NCBI GenBank assembly: GCA_000990585.1
Contig: LBQD01000004.1
Location: 41,707 to 105,706 of the forward strand
Direction: 5' to 3'
DNA: 64,000 nt
DNA from: Candidatus Moranbacteria bacterium GW2011_GWE2_35_2-
Lineage (GTDB): Bacteria; Patescibacteriota; Minisyncoccia; Moranbacterales; UBA9337
The stretch's first letter is position 1, and each line of letters starts with the position of its first letter. Shown here one piece after another: positions 52,511 to 62,991 of the stretch. Made by a program: the position numbers and the translations under genes. The notes beneath the pieces are model-generated. The model searched no databases and had not been told where the DNA came from. It saw nothing but the letters and a program-made list of their open reading frames with translations.

Positions 52511-53542
52511 ATGTTTGAATTTTTAAAACCAAAACAAGAGCAAAAGTCGAAAAAAATAGAAGTGCAAGTTATTGATGAAAATTCGAAAGATGGCAGGAAT
52601 AAGAATGCCGGAAATGAAAATGAAATTGAAGGTAATGAAGAAAGGAGAGATTTGACAGAAAAGATGGCAATAGAAGAGTTGAAAGTTTTAATCTCGGACG
52701 GTGAGGCGGTTGTGAAAGAGGGAGAGGTTAATAATCCGGAAAGTCAAGAAAAAAGAAGTTTATTTGTGCGAAAGATGGCTGCTTTGTGCGTGGCAACAAC
52801 TATTTTTGCCGGAGCATTGGCGGGGGCGCCGATGAAGGCGGAAGCGGGAGGTAGGCATAGTGGGATTGATTTTTCTGATGTTATTGAAACTATGGCTGGG
52901 ATTGCGACGATAAAAATAGTAGACGGAGTTGCATCGGGAGTCGCGAGAGGGGCTTATTCCGGAATGGCACAGGCAACAGAAAAAGTTATCTTGAATTCTG
53001 CCGGAATTGAAACCTCACAGCAACGCTATGACCGATATCGAGATGAAGCGATGCGCGGCGGTTATTATGGGCAACCTGCGTATGCATATCCGCAAGGAGG
53101 AGGGTATGTTCATTTGTCAGGTTCAAATCATCATTTGCCTCCCAGGCGTGTTATCGTGCAACAGCCGGCATATTCTGCGGAAAATTATGCGCCCGCTCAA
53201 GTTCCGCCGGGATATCACGAGCGCGGATCTTTGCAAAGATCTGAACGGCAAGAAAGTTTGAGTGGTATGGAAGCGGAATATCAAAAAGAATTGGTAAAAG
53301 CAGGAAAAGAATTGGACGCGGAAAAAGACAAAATATTTAATAAATATGTGGATTCATCAGGAAAATCTGGAGAAATGAGCAAAGAAGAGTATGACGAATT
53401 TGTTAAGCGGGCTGAGGAAAAACACAAGTCGCAAGTGGAAACATTGGAAAAAACATATTTTGGCAAGCAAGAACAAACCGATGATCTTGGAGAAAACTTT
53501 GAAAATGGTAAATGGAAGCCACAAGATAGGGATGATTTGTAA
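52511..53542 (+). CDS. Hypothetical protein with an internal signal/TM-like segment and Gly/Ala-rich helices
   Basis: 343-aa ORF followed by a terminator hairpin at 53566-53596. Confidence 0.7.
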   Translation: MFEFLKPKQEQKSKKIEVQVIDENSKDGRNKNAGNENEIEGNEERRDLTEKMAIEELKVLISDGEAVVKEGEVNNPESQEKRSLFVRKMAALCVATTIFAGALAGAPMKAEAGGRHSGIDFSDVIETMAGIATIKIVDGVASGVARGAYSGMAQATEKVILNSAGIETSQQRYDRYRDEAMRGGYYGQPAYAYPQGGGYVHLSGSNHHLPPRRVIVQQPAYSAENYAPAQVPPGYHERGSLQRSERQESLSGMEAEYQKELVKAGKELDAEKDKIFNKYVDSSGKSGEMSKEEYDEFVKRAEEKHKSQVETLEKTYFGKQEQTDDLGENFENGKWKPQDRDDL

Positions 53543-53638
53543 ATAAAATTTTAGATAAAAAAAATCAAAAAATCCGGATAATTTCCGGATTTTTTTGCAA
53601 AGATTATAAAAAAATACCCAGTGTGGTATAATTTATTT

Positions 53639-54142
53639 ATGAATAAAAGAGAAATCATCACAAATAGCGCCGAGCAGACCAAGAAATTGGGCTTGGAGAT
53701 GGCGGAAAAAATACTTTCCGGAGAGGCAAAAGAAAGGGTGATTTGTCTTTCGGGTGATTTGGGCGCGGGAAAAACCACCTTTACGCAGGGGCTTTTGGAG
53801 GGATTGGGAGCGGAAGGACCCTTTGTGAGTCCGACGTTTATGATAATGAAGCAATATAAAATACCAACAATAAACAACAAACAACAAACAACAACAAGAA
53901 ATAAAAAGACTGGGTTGTCGGTGGTTAGTTGTAGGTTGTCAGTGCTTTTTCACATTGACGCGTATCGGGTTGAGGCGGAGGATATTTTGGAGTTGGGATG
54001 GGAAGAGATGATTTCCCAGTCGGGTAATGTTATAATAGTGGAGTGGGCGGAAAGGATTGAGAGTCTGATTCCTGCTGATGCGATTTGGATGGAATTTGAA
54101 TGGAAAAATGAAAAGGAGAGGATAATTAGAATTAAGAATTAA
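53639..54142 (+). CDS. tsaE: t6A biosynthesis ATPase TsaE
   Basis: GDLGAGKTTF, SPTF, HIDAYR and VEW motifs; repeat-derived insert. Confidence 0.93.
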   Translation: MNKREIITNSAEQTKKLGLEMAEKILSGEAKERVICLSGDLGAGKTTFTQGLLEGLGAEGPFVSPTFMIMKQYKIPTINNKQQTTTRNKKTGLSVVSCRLSVLFHIDAYRVEAEDILELGWEEMISQSGNVIIVEWAERIESLIPADAIWMEFEWKNEKERIIRIKN

Positions 54143-54153
54143 GAATAAAAAAT

Positions 54154-54867
54154 ATGAAAAAAACATCAATATTAATAATTTTAATTTCTGTGCTGTTTTT
54201 GTCGGGGTGTTCTTTGGGTTCAAGGGAAGTGAAGATAGAAAAGCCTGCTTTAGAAAGCAACGCGATTTCTATTTTGGATATCCAAAAGAAGGCTGAGCAG
54301 AATGTCAAAGATGCCGCACAAAAAGAGCAGGAAAAAATCAACAAAGCTATGGAAAATGCAGGACTCGATGATTTGTCTTTTGTAAAAAAATATTCTAAGG
54401 CGACAATTAAAACAAATATGGGAAATATCGAGGTGGAATTTTTCGGAAAAGACAGTCCGATTACGGTGAATAACTTTATGAAATTGGCCAGTGAAGGATT
54501 TTATGATGGGACAAAATTTCATCGAGTGATCAAGGATTTTATGATTCAAGGAGGAGATCCAAATTCAAAGGATGACGATTGGTCTGATGATGGTATGGGC
54601 GGACCGGGATATGCTTTCAAGGATGAGTTTAATTCGAAAAAATTGGTACGCGGTTCTTTAGCGATGGCGAACTCCGGACCAAATACCAACGGCAGTCAAT
54701 TTTTCGTTGTTACTGCCGAGGAAACTCCATGGCTTGACGGCAAGCATACCAATTTCGGAAAGGTGACTGATGGAATGGATGTGGTGGATAAAATTGAGGC
54801 GATGGAAGCTAATGAAAACGACCATCCTCTGAAAGACGCGGTTATTAAAGGAATAGAATTGAAATAG
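54154..54867 (+). CDS. Cyclophilin-type peptidyl-prolyl isomerase, lipoprotein
   Basis: Lipobox LSGC; FHRVI.DFMIQGGD, AMANSG, NGSQFF and WLDGKH motifs. Confidence 0.93.
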   Translation: MKKTSILIILISVLFLSGCSLGSREVKIEKPALESNAISILDIQKKAEQNVKDAAQKEQEKINKAMENAGLDDLSFVKKYSKATIKTNMGNIEVEFFGKDSPITVNNFMKLASEGFYDGTKFHRVIKDFMIQGGDPNSKDDDWSDDGMGGPGYAFKDEFNSKKLVRGSLAMANSGPNTNGSQFFVVTAEETPWLDGKHTNFGKVTDGMDVVDKIEAMEANENDHPLKDAVIKGIELK

Positions 54868-54932
54868 TTTCGAGGTTTTTTCTGTATGTCTTGGAAAGCC
54901 GGGAATTATGAACTATTTTTTGTTTTGAATAT

Positions 54933-57626
54933 ATGGATAAAGAAAATAAAAAGAAACTAATCTTGATTGATGGTAATGCGATTATTCATCGGGCGTATCA
55001 TGCGCTTCCTCCGCTGACGAATAAAAAAGGAGAGATGGTGAATGCGGTGTATGGATTTGCTTCAACATTACTTAGTGTAATTGAAAAATTCAAGCCGGAT
55101 TATATTGCGGCTTCTTTTGATTTGGCGGCTCCGACTTTCCGGCACAAAAAATTTGCCGATTATAAAGCAACTCGCGCTAAAGCGCCGGATGAATTATATG
55201 CGCAAATTCCCAAGGTCAAGGAGGTGGTGCGTGCTTTTAATATTCCCATTTATGAAATGGAAGGATTTGAGGCGGATGATGTGATTGGAACAATTGCAAA
55301 GCGAGAATCAAGAAGTAAGAATAAAGAATTAAATAAAAATGATATCGAAACAATAATAGTTACGGGGGATCTGGATGCGCTTCAATTGGTGGATGAAAAT
55401 ATCAAGGTGTATACGATGAGGCGGGGACTTAGCGATTCTGTTTTGTATGACGAAGCGGCGGTAAAGGAAAGGTATGGAATTTCTCCCGAACAGCTTAAGG
55501 ATTTCAAGGGATTGCGCGGGGATGCTTCGGATAATATTCCCGGAGTGAAAGGAATTGGAGAAAAGGGCGCTGTGAAATTGATTCAGGAATACGGGAGTCT
55601 GGAAAATATCTATCAAAATGTGGAAAAAATAAAAGGAGCAGTTGGGGAAAAATTAAAAAAAGACAAGGCGCAGGCGATATTGTCTAAATATTTGGGAATT
55701 ATCAAAATTGATGTTGCGCTGGATTTTGATTTGGAAAAATGCAAGACTGCTGATTTTGAGCGGGGAAAGATAGTGAAAATTTTTCAAGAATTGAATTTTT
55801 TTAGTTTAATAAAAAGAATTCCCGATAATGCGAATATGCAAATTGATGCAAATAATGAAAATATGCAGGACGGAGTTAAGGAATTTAAATATGAAAAAGT
55901 GGAAGATGTCGGGAAATTTGCAGAAGAATTGGGAAAACAAAAGGAGTTTGCTTTGAGCTTGAAAATTGGCGGCGGAGGAGATATTTCCGCAGTTTCTTTT
56001 TCTTGGAAAACCGGACGGGCGTATTCTTTATCTTGGAATAGTGAAAATAAAAAAGCGTTGAAAAATATTTTAGAAAACAAAGATATTTTCAAAATCGGAT
56101 ATAACTTGAAAGATGATTGTAAATCATTTAAAAAAGAAGAAATTGATTTGGGTGGTATTGTTTGGGATATTATGTTGGCAAAATATGTGCTTGAACCGGG
56201 AGGGAAGATTGAATTTGAAAAAATGGTTTTGGAGGAGTTGGGTGAGGAGATTCGTAAGGAAGAAAAAAAGCAGCTTACTTTGGGAATTGAAAGTGAGGAG
56301 GATGTTGTTTTTGAAAATTGTCGAAGAGTTGATTATATTTTCAAGCTCAAAAATATTTTGGAAAGAAAAATGAAAGAAGTTTGCGTCACGCAAGACGGAA
56401 AATATAATTTGCAATATGTTTTTGAGAAAGTGGAGATGCCGTTGGTGGAAATTTTAGCCCGAATGGAACTTTCCGGAGTGAAAGTTGACACTCTCATTTT
56501 GAAGGGAATTTCAGAAAAAATCGGAGATAGAATTTCCAATCTGGAAAAAAGCATATATCAGCTTTCCGGAAAAGAATTTAATATTAATTCTCCTTCCCAG
56601 CTTTCGGAAATACTTTTTAAGCATTTGAAACTTCCGACAGCGGATATCAAGAAAACTAAAACAAAATATTCCACTGCTGCTAGTGAATTGGAAAAACTTA
56701 AGGACGAGCATAAAATAATTGCCAAAATTGAAGAATATCGCGAGATTTTTAAACTCAAAACAACCTATTTGGATACTTTGCCGAAAATGGTGGATGGAAA
56801 TTCACGTATCCATACAACTTATAATCAGGCGGTGGCGGCAACCGGACGGCTTTCTTCGGAAAATCCGAATTTGCAAAATATTCCGATTCGAACAGATTTA
56901 GGGAAATTGATGCGAGTTGCTTTTTCCGCTGAAGATGGATATGTTTTTGTGAGCGCGGATTATTCACAAATAGATTTACGGGTAATGGCACATATGTCAG
57001 GCGACAAAAAAATGATCGAAGCTTTTTGGGCGCGCCAAGATATTCACCAGGCAACGGCGGCGGAAATTAATAAAGTATCCTTGTCGCAAGTAACAGAAAA
57101 GATGCGCCGAAATTCCAAAGCGCTTAATTTTGGAATCATATACGGAATGGGAACTTTCGGATTTTCGCAATCAGCGGGAATTTCTCGAGAGGAAGCAAGA
57201 AAATTCATTAGTGCGTATATGGAAAAATTTTCCGATGTGGCAAAATTCATCAAGCAAATAAAAGAACAAGCTAAAAAAGACGGATTTGTCCAGACAGAAA
57301 TCGGTCGTCGTCGGTACTTGCCGGAAATAAATTCGCCGAACTTTCAAGTCCAATCCGGAGCGGAACGGATGGCGATCAATATGCCGATCCAAGGCTTGGC
57401 GGCGGATATTATGAAACTTGCTATGATTGCGGTTTATTCTGAATATGAAAATAATCTCAATGTGAAAATGATACTTCAAATTCATGATGAAATTATTTTG
57501 GAAGTGCGAAAAGACCTGGCAGATGAAGTTTCCAAAAAGGTAAAAAATATTATGGAAAATGTTTATAAACTCAAGGTTCCGTTAGTGGTGGATGTGAAAA
57601 TTGGAGATAACTGGGGAGAGCTTTGA
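54933..57626 (+). CDS. polA: DNA polymerase I
   Basis: 5' nuclease (EADD, GD.SDNIPGV.GIG) plus TGRLSS, DYSQI, NF...YG and QIHDE motifs. Confidence 0.97.
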   Translation: MDKENKKKLILIDGNAIIHRAYHALPPLTNKKGEMVNAVYGFASTLLSVIEKFKPDYIAASFDLAAPTFRHKKFADYKATRAKAPDELYAQIPKVKEVVRAFNIPIYEMEGFEADDVIGTIAKRESRSKNKELNKNDIETIIVTGDLDALQLVDENIKVYTMRRGLSDSVLYDEAAVKERYGISPEQLKDFKGLRGDASDNIPGVKGIGEKGAVKLIQEYGSLENIYQNVEKIKGAVGEKLKKDKAQAILSKYLGIIKIDVALDFDLEKCKTADFERGKIVKIFQELNFFSLIKRIPDNANMQIDANNENMQDGVKEFKYEKVEDVGKFAEELGKQKEFALSLKIGGGGDISAVSFSWKTGRAYSLSWNSENKKALKNILENKDIFKIGYNLKDDCKSFKKEEIDLGGIVWDIMLAKYVLEPGGKIEFEKMVLEELGEEIRKEEKKQLTLGIESEEDVVFENCRRVDYIFKLKNILERKMKEVCVTQDGKYNLQYVFEKVEMPLVEILARMELSGVKVDTLILKGISEKIGDRISNLEKSIYQLSGKEFNINSPSQLSEILFKHLKLPTADIKKTKTKYSTAASELEKLKDEHKIIAKIEEYREIFKLKTTYLDTLPKMVDGNSRIHTTYNQAVAATGRLSSENPNLQNIPIRTDLGKLMRVAFSAEDGYVFVSADYSQIDLRVMAHMSGDKKMIEAFWARQDIHQATAAEINKVSLSQVTEKMRRNSKALNFGIIYGMGTFGFSQSAGISREEARKFISAYMEKFSDVAKFIKQIKEQAKKDGFVQTEIGRRRYLPEINSPNFQVQSGAERMAINMPIQGLAADIMKLAMIAVYSEYENNLNVKMILQIHDEIILEVRKDLADEVSKKVKNIMENVYKLKVPLVVDVKIGDNWGEL

Positions 57627-57648
57627 GTTATGGAATGCGAATGTGAAT

Positions 57649-59100
57649 ATGAATTTGAAAAAGACAATTGAATATTTATTTTACGCGATGATGTTTTTGC
57701 TTCCCTGGCAAGGGGTTTGGATTTGGCGCGAGCCTTTTGTGGGCGGTTTCAAGTGGGAATACGGGACTGTTGGAGTTTATCTAGTCGATATTTTCATAGT
57801 TCTGTTTTTGGTGTTGGGAATGGTGAAGTATTTTAAAGATTTTAATTTTAAATTTTCAATTTTCAATTTTAAAACAATTTTTAATGACAAAATTTTCAAT
57901 TTTAAAAACTTTATACTTAATACTTTATACTTACTACTCGTTTGGTCTTTTATTTCTATCCTTTGGTCTCCTGACAAGACGCTGGCCTTTTATTTTTCTT
58001 TCAAATTATTTTTGGCAATTGGATTATTTTGGACGGTGCGAAGAATTGATTTCAGTTGGCGGAAATTCATCTTTATTTTGATGCTTGTCGGAGCGTTGCA
58101 AGGCGCGCTGGCAATCGGACAGTTTTTGACGCAAAGTGATTTTTCCAGCACGCTTTTGGGAACGAGCTGGCATATCGTTTCATCTGGCGGAACATCGGTG
58201 ATTGAAATGCCGGGTGGAAGATGGCTCCGCGCATACGGAACGTTTTCGCATCCGAATGTGCTGGGAGGTTATTTGGCAATTGTTTTGCTATTGGTTGTAA
58301 ATTTTCAATTTTCAATTTTCAATTTTCAATCAATTTTAAATGCTTTAATTTCAAAATTTAGAAATTCAGATTTGATTCAAAATTTCCGTCAAAAACGGAT
58401 CAGCCTCTGGCTGACAAAATTGGAAATTGGAAATTATAATTACGTCTTACGTCTTACGTCTTACGTCTTAATTTTCTCCGGACTGGTTGTTTCCTTTTCC
58501 CGTAGCGCTTGGATTGTTTTTGCAATCGGATTTATATTATTATTCTTATTTCAAAGAGAAAAAAGAAGAGAATTAGTGAAATTAGCCGTTGTATTTTTAG
58601 GAGTGGGATTGATTTGGTTGACTGCTTTCTCTCCTTTGTTTTTTTCCCGCATCGCCGGAGAAGAAAGATTGGAAAAAAAATCTTTCGATGACCGAAGTAC
58701 GTATGTTTTGCAATCGAAAGAAATTATAAAAGAAAATTTTTGGCTGGGAGTCGGAGCGGGAAATTATACGAAAGCAGTGGCGGATAAAAATCCACAAAAA
58801 CCAATTTGGAAAATTCAGCCGGTGCATAATGTTTTTCTGCTTGTTTGGTCGGAGCTGGGAATTATTGGATTGATTTTATTTTTGGGAGTTTTATTTTTTT
58901 CAGTGCAAACAGCTCTTAGGCTGAGTTTGGTTTCGGGCATTTTGCTCTCTACTTTTTATTTTTTGTTTTTCATTGATCATTGGCTTTGGACTTCGCATTT
59001 CGGGATTATTTTCTTTTTTTTGGTTTTGGGGTTGATAATTCTCAGTGAGAAATATGGTTTTCGAAATATTAAAAGCAAAAAATATGCCGGAATTGCCTGA
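57649..59100 (+). CDS. O-antigen ligase (Wzy_C/WaaL-like) family membrane protein
   Basis: RAYGTF.HPN, SFSRSAW, GVG.GN and PVHN..L...ELG..G motifs. Confidence 0.85.
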   Translation: MNLKKTIEYLFYAMMFLLPWQGVWIWREPFVGGFKWEYGTVGVYLVDIFIVLFLVLGMVKYFKDFNFKFSIFNFKTIFNDKIFNFKNFILNTLYLLLVWSFISILWSPDKTLAFYFSFKLFLAIGLFWTVRRIDFSWRKFIFILMLVGALQGALAIGQFLTQSDFSSTLLGTSWHIVSSGGTSVIEMPGGRWLRAYGTFSHPNVLGGYLAIVLLLVVNFQFSIFNFQSILNALISKFRNSDLIQNFRQKRISLWLTKLEIGNYNYVLRLTSYVLIFSGLVVSFSRSAWIVFAIGFILLFLFQREKRRELVKLAVVFLGVGLIWLTAFSPLFFSRIAGEERLEKKSFDDRSTYVLQSKEIIKENFWLGVGAGNYTKAVADKNPQKPIWKIQPVHNVFLLVWSELGIIGLILFLGVLFFSVQTALRLSLVSGILLSTFYFLFFIDHWLWTSHFGIIFFFLVLGLIILSEKYGFRNIKSKKYAGIA

Positions 59101-59968
59101 AGTGCAAACAATTGTTGACGATTTAAATAGAAAGATAAAAGGCGATACGATCGTTGATTTTTGGAGTGATTGGCCAAAAGCCATAAAAGGCGTGAATTTG
59201 AAAAAGTTTGAAGCGGAAATAAAAGGAAAAAAAATTCTCAAAGCCTGGCGGATTGGAAAAAATATGTTTGTGGATTTGTCCGGAGGAAAAACGATTTATA
59301 TTCATTTGAAAATGACAGGACACCTCTTAATAAGGACACAAGATACAAAAAACAAGATACAAAAAAATAAAAACTATTTTAATGACAGGGTTAATCAATA
59401 TATACATCATATCTGGAAACTAAAATCTGGAAAAACTTTGGAATTTTCAGATTTGCGGAAATTTGCCAAGATGGTTTTGGTGGATACGGACAAGGTAATG
59501 GAATTGCCGGAAATCAAAAAGTTGGGAGTGGACGCGATGAGCAAGGAGTTTACCTTGGAAAAATTCAGAGAACTTTTGCAAAAACGGCAAAACAAGAAGA
59601 TTGGGCTTGTTTTAATGGAACAGGAATTGATCGCCGGAATCGGAAATATTTATCGCAGTGAGATTCTTTTTGATGCGGGAATGCATCCCGAACGGTCGGT
59701 GAAATATTTGAAAAAATCGGAAGTAGGAGTACTATATGAGTCTATTTTGAAGATTCTTAAGAAAGCCATTGAGATGCGCGGCACTTCGGACAGTGATTAT
59801 CGCGACACGGACGGCGCGCCAGGAAGCTTTGGAAAAATTTTGAAAGTTTATCGTAAGGATGGAAAAATATGTTCTTGTGTGCGGAAGAAAAAAAAATGTG
59901 ATACAATAATTAAGCGGATAAAATTGGGACAAAGAAGCGTGTTTTTTTGTTCGGAATGTCAAAAATAG
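59084..59968 (+). CDS. mutM: Formamidopyrimidine-DNA glycosylase
   Basis: MPELPEV, HLKMTG, GIGNIY and C-terminal zinc finger. Confidence 0.95.
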   Translation: MPELPEVQTIVDDLNRKIKGDTIVDFWSDWPKAIKGVNLKKFEAEIKGKKILKAWRIGKNMFVDLSGGKTIYIHLKMTGHLLIRTQDTKNKIQKNKNYFNDRVNQYIHHIWKLKSGKTLEFSDLRKFAKMVLVDTDKVMELPEIKKLGVDAMSKEFTLEKFRELLQKRQNKKIGLVLMEQELIAGIGNIYRSEILFDAGMHPERSVKYLKKSEVGVLYESILKILKKAIEMRGTSDSDYRDTDGAPGSFGKILKVYRKDGKICSCVRKKKKCDTIIKRIKLGQRSVFFCSECQK

Positions 59969-60129
59969 TAAAATAGAATTTTTTTAAAATCTTATTTTTT
60001 ATGAATGAATATCCGAATATCGGAGGAATTAAAAAAACGAAGATAAAAAAAGAAGTTTCTGCTAATTATAGAATTAATATTAAAAAAGCGGCTTAATATA
60101 AATAATTAAAAAAGTAATAAAAAAGAAAA

Positions 60130-61290
60130 ATGAACAGTAAAAAAAGAATAATAATCGTGTCAGTTTTAATAATTGTGGGATTGATTGCATACTTCTTTTA
60201 TACTCGTGATGCAAGAAGAAGTAAAAATACTAAGCCAATCAGTATTGAAAGTAGTGCATCAACAAATCAATCCATTCAAAATTCCGGTCCAGTAAGTCCA
60301 ATTTCCGGGTTGTCTTGTGAAAATTGGAATCGTCGCCCGATTGCGGTGATGCAACCTGCGGATATTCAAGCCCGTCCAGCAGCCGGATTTTCCGAAGCGG
60401 ATATGGTAATTGAAATGCCGGGATATACATCTTCCGTAACTAGACTTATGGGCGTCTATCTTTGTAATATTCCTCAAGAGGCGGGGGCTATTCGCAGTTC
60501 TCGCCATGACTATATTCATTTAGCTAAAGGATTGGATGCAGTTTTTGTTCATTGGGGAGGTTCGGCTTTTGCTTTGAATTTGCTTAAAGAAGGGGTTATT
60601 GATCATCATGATTGTATGAGTGGGGCATATTGTGATCGACGTGAAGCCACTGGGCAGATGCGCATAGAAGATACTGGCAGAATAACCGGAGAGAATATGC
60701 TTAAAATGATGGAGGGAAAGGATTTTCGCAGAGAAGGAACTTTTTCCGGTTATCCACATCAAGCCGAGGCTCAAATTAGCGAGAGACCGGAAAAGGGAAA
60801 CTTGCGAGTGGCTTTTGCAAAACCATATGATGCAGACTATGAATATGATCGGGAGACAAATTCATATTTGAGAATATGGGGTGGTGAAGAGGATGTGGAT
60901 AGAAATAATGGTAAAAGGTTGGCGCCAAAAAATATAGTAGTGATGTTTGCCAAGTCCGAACAAATTACGAATACGCAAGATTATCTCGGTAAGGGACTGA
61001 GAAATCCGTGGGCGGAAATTGAGGAAGAAAAAAACACAGGAAATGCTTCTATTAGTGGTAGATATAATAATGTTCAAGTTGGTGATCCGTGGTATGATGA
61101 AACTGATTCCGGAGAAGCTTTTTATTATTTTAACGGAAAAGAAATGCGCGGGAGTTGGAAAAAAGATAAATCAAAAATTGATAGTAAATTGTTTTTTTAT
61201 GATCAATCCGGACAGGAAGTTAAATTTGTACCTGGGCAAATTTGGGTGGAAATTCTTGAACCCGGGCAAGCACTAAGATGGGAACAATGA
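60130..61290 (+). CDS. DUF3048 domain exported protein
   Basis: RPIAVM, EAD.V.E, TR, IRS.R, H.GGS and PG.IW motifs. Confidence 0.8.
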   Translation: MNSKKRIIIVSVLIIVGLIAYFFYTRDARRSKNTKPISIESSASTNQSIQNSGPVSPISGLSCENWNRRPIAVMQPADIQARPAAGFSEADMVIEMPGYTSSVTRLMGVYLCNIPQEAGAIRSSRHDYIHLAKGLDAVFVHWGGSAFALNLLKEGVIDHHDCMSGAYCDRREATGQMRIEDTGRITGENMLKMMEGKDFRREGTFSGYPHQAEAQISERPEKGNLRVAFAKPYDADYEYDRETNSYLRIWGGEEDVDRNNGKRLAPKNIVVMFAKSEQITNTQDYLGKGLRNPWAEIEEEKNTGNASISGRYNNVQVGDPWYDETDSGEAFYYFNGKEMRGSWKKDKSKIDSKLFFYDQSGQEVKFVPGQIWVEILEPGQALRWEQ

Positions 61291-61378
61291 TAAAAATTTG
61301 AAAACGTAAAATCATAAAGATATTAAATCGGGAAGTATAGCTATTTTTGTTTTAATGTCATAATGATATTTTAATTCG

Positions 61379-62332
61379 ATGATTATTTTTTTATATGGCG
61401 ATGATGATTTCCGTTCCGGTGAAAAACTTGCCGAAATAAAAATCGAGTTTTTGAAAAAAAACGGATCGGGAACAATCCTATCCGTTTTTGATTTTGAGGA
61501 TGAAGCAAAAGAAAATGTCATAGCAGATGTATTATCCGCTAGGGGATTGTTTGGCGATAAAAAAATAGTTATTGTGAAAAATTTGATGGTTGACGGAAAA
61601 ACGGAAAAGCAAGTGAATATTCTAGAGATACTCAATAAAATAAAATACCTGGAGAAAGATGAGGAGACACTTTTGATTTTTTGGGAAAAGGGTCTTCCGA
61701 GAAAAAATGGAAAACTTTTTAAATATATTTTTTCGGTGGGAAAAGTTGAAAGTTTCGAAAAATTATCGACAGTTGCGCTGGAGAATTGGATTAAGGATAG
61801 AGTAAAAAAAGCGAATGGAAAAATATCTTCCGAAGCAGAAAAAAAGTTGATTGCTTACGTCGGCAACGATTTATTTTTACTTGGTAATGAAATTGAAAAA
61901 TTGGTCAATTATACAAAAGAAATAGAAGAGGAACATATTGATTTACTTACAAATTCAAAGATTGAATCGGATATTTTTCAAACAATAGAATCCTTAGTAA
62001 ATGGAAACAAGAAAGACGCAATAAATTTTTTGCACCGACAGCTTGAAAAAGGGGACGATCCTTTTTATATTTTTTCCATGTATGTATATCAATTCCGTAA
62101 TTTGCTTAAAATTGCAGGACTGTATTTTTCGGGACTTAGCAATGAATATGCAATTGCCAAAGAAACAAAATTGCATCCGTTTGTCGTGAAAAAAGGATTG
62201 GCGCAAGTGCGGATGATGGATATTAAAAAGATAAAAAGCATCTATCGCAATTTGGCGGAAATTGATTTGAAAGTAAAAACCGGAAAAATTGATATCAATT
62301 TGGCGTTGGATAAATTTGTAGTAGAGTTATAG
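61379..62332 (+). CDS. holA: DNA polymerase III subunit delta
   Basis: FLYG, LFG, EIEKL, HPFV..K and D...KTG motifs; convergent with rpsT. Confidence 0.9.
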   Translation: MIIFLYGDDDFRSGEKLAEIKIEFLKKNGSGTILSVFDFEDEAKENVIADVLSARGLFGDKKIVIVKNLMVDGKTEKQVNILEILNKIKYLEKDEETLLIFWEKGLPRKNGKLFKYIFSVGKVESFEKLSTVALENWIKDRVKKANGKISSEAEKKLIAYVGNDLFLLGNEIEKLVNYTKEIEEEHIDLLTNSKIESDIFQTIESLVNGNKKDAINFLHRQLEKGDDPFYIFSMYVYQFRNLLKIAGLYFSGLSNEYAIAKETKLHPFVVKKGLAQVRMMDIKKIKSIYRNLAEIDLKVKTGKIDINLALDKFVVEL

Positions 62333-62425
62333 CTTTATTATTCCGTCCATCTGCCTTCGGCAGATTTTTAAAAAAAAATCAGGATTCTCTTTTTCTTAAA
62401 ATTGAGATATAGATTCTAGAAACTT

Positions 62426-62527
62426 AAAAATTTGTCAAATTGACGCATATGCGTCAATTTGACAAATGAAGAATGGGAGCGGTTAAACAAAAAAACAAGC
62501 TAGTCTGTGATAGAAGCTTGTTTTTTG
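62426..62527. repeat. About 100-bp dispersed repeat, copy 2 (perfect 38-bp palindrome plus rpsT terminator)
   Basis: ATTTGTCAAATTGACGCAT/ATGCGTCAATTTGACAAAT at 62430-62467. Confidence 0.85.
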
Positions 62528-62533
62528 TTGAAG

Positions 62534-62806
62534 TTATTTTTTTCCAGCCAGTTCTTTGACTGCTTTGTTGAGTCTTGATTTGTATCTGGCGGCGGTGTTT
62601 TTGACAAGTGTCTTTTTCTGCACGGCCTTATCAAGGGATTTGATGGATTTTTTCAGCCATTCTTGCGCTTTTTCAATATTTTTTTCAGTGATTGCCTCGC
62701 GGGTTTTTTTGATAGCGCTTCGGAAAACCCCTCGTACTATTTTGTTGCGGGCGGTTTTTTTGTCCGTCACGCGCATATATTTTTTGGCAGATTTTTTGAT
62801 TGGCAT
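62534..62806 (-). CDS. rpsT: 30S ribosomal protein S20
   Basis: MPIKKSAKK and DKA......KNTAAR.KSRL motifs. Confidence 0.95.
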   Translation of the reverse strand: MPIKKSAKKYMRVTDKKTARNKIVRGVFRSAIKKTREAITEKNIEKAQEWLKKSIKSLDKAVQKKTLVKNTAARYKSRLNKAVKELAGKK

Positions 62807-62991
62807 AGTTTAAATTTTTTTATTGAATGGTTAGATTGTTACATTGTTAAATTAAGAGCGTTTTTTAATTTGATGCAGATATAACAGTATATTTTTAACA
62901 TAGTATGGATTTTTTTGCAAGAGTTGGTTTTGCGTGTGGTATTATTGTATAATGGATAAGGTAGAATATTAAATATTTCATATAATGTAGA

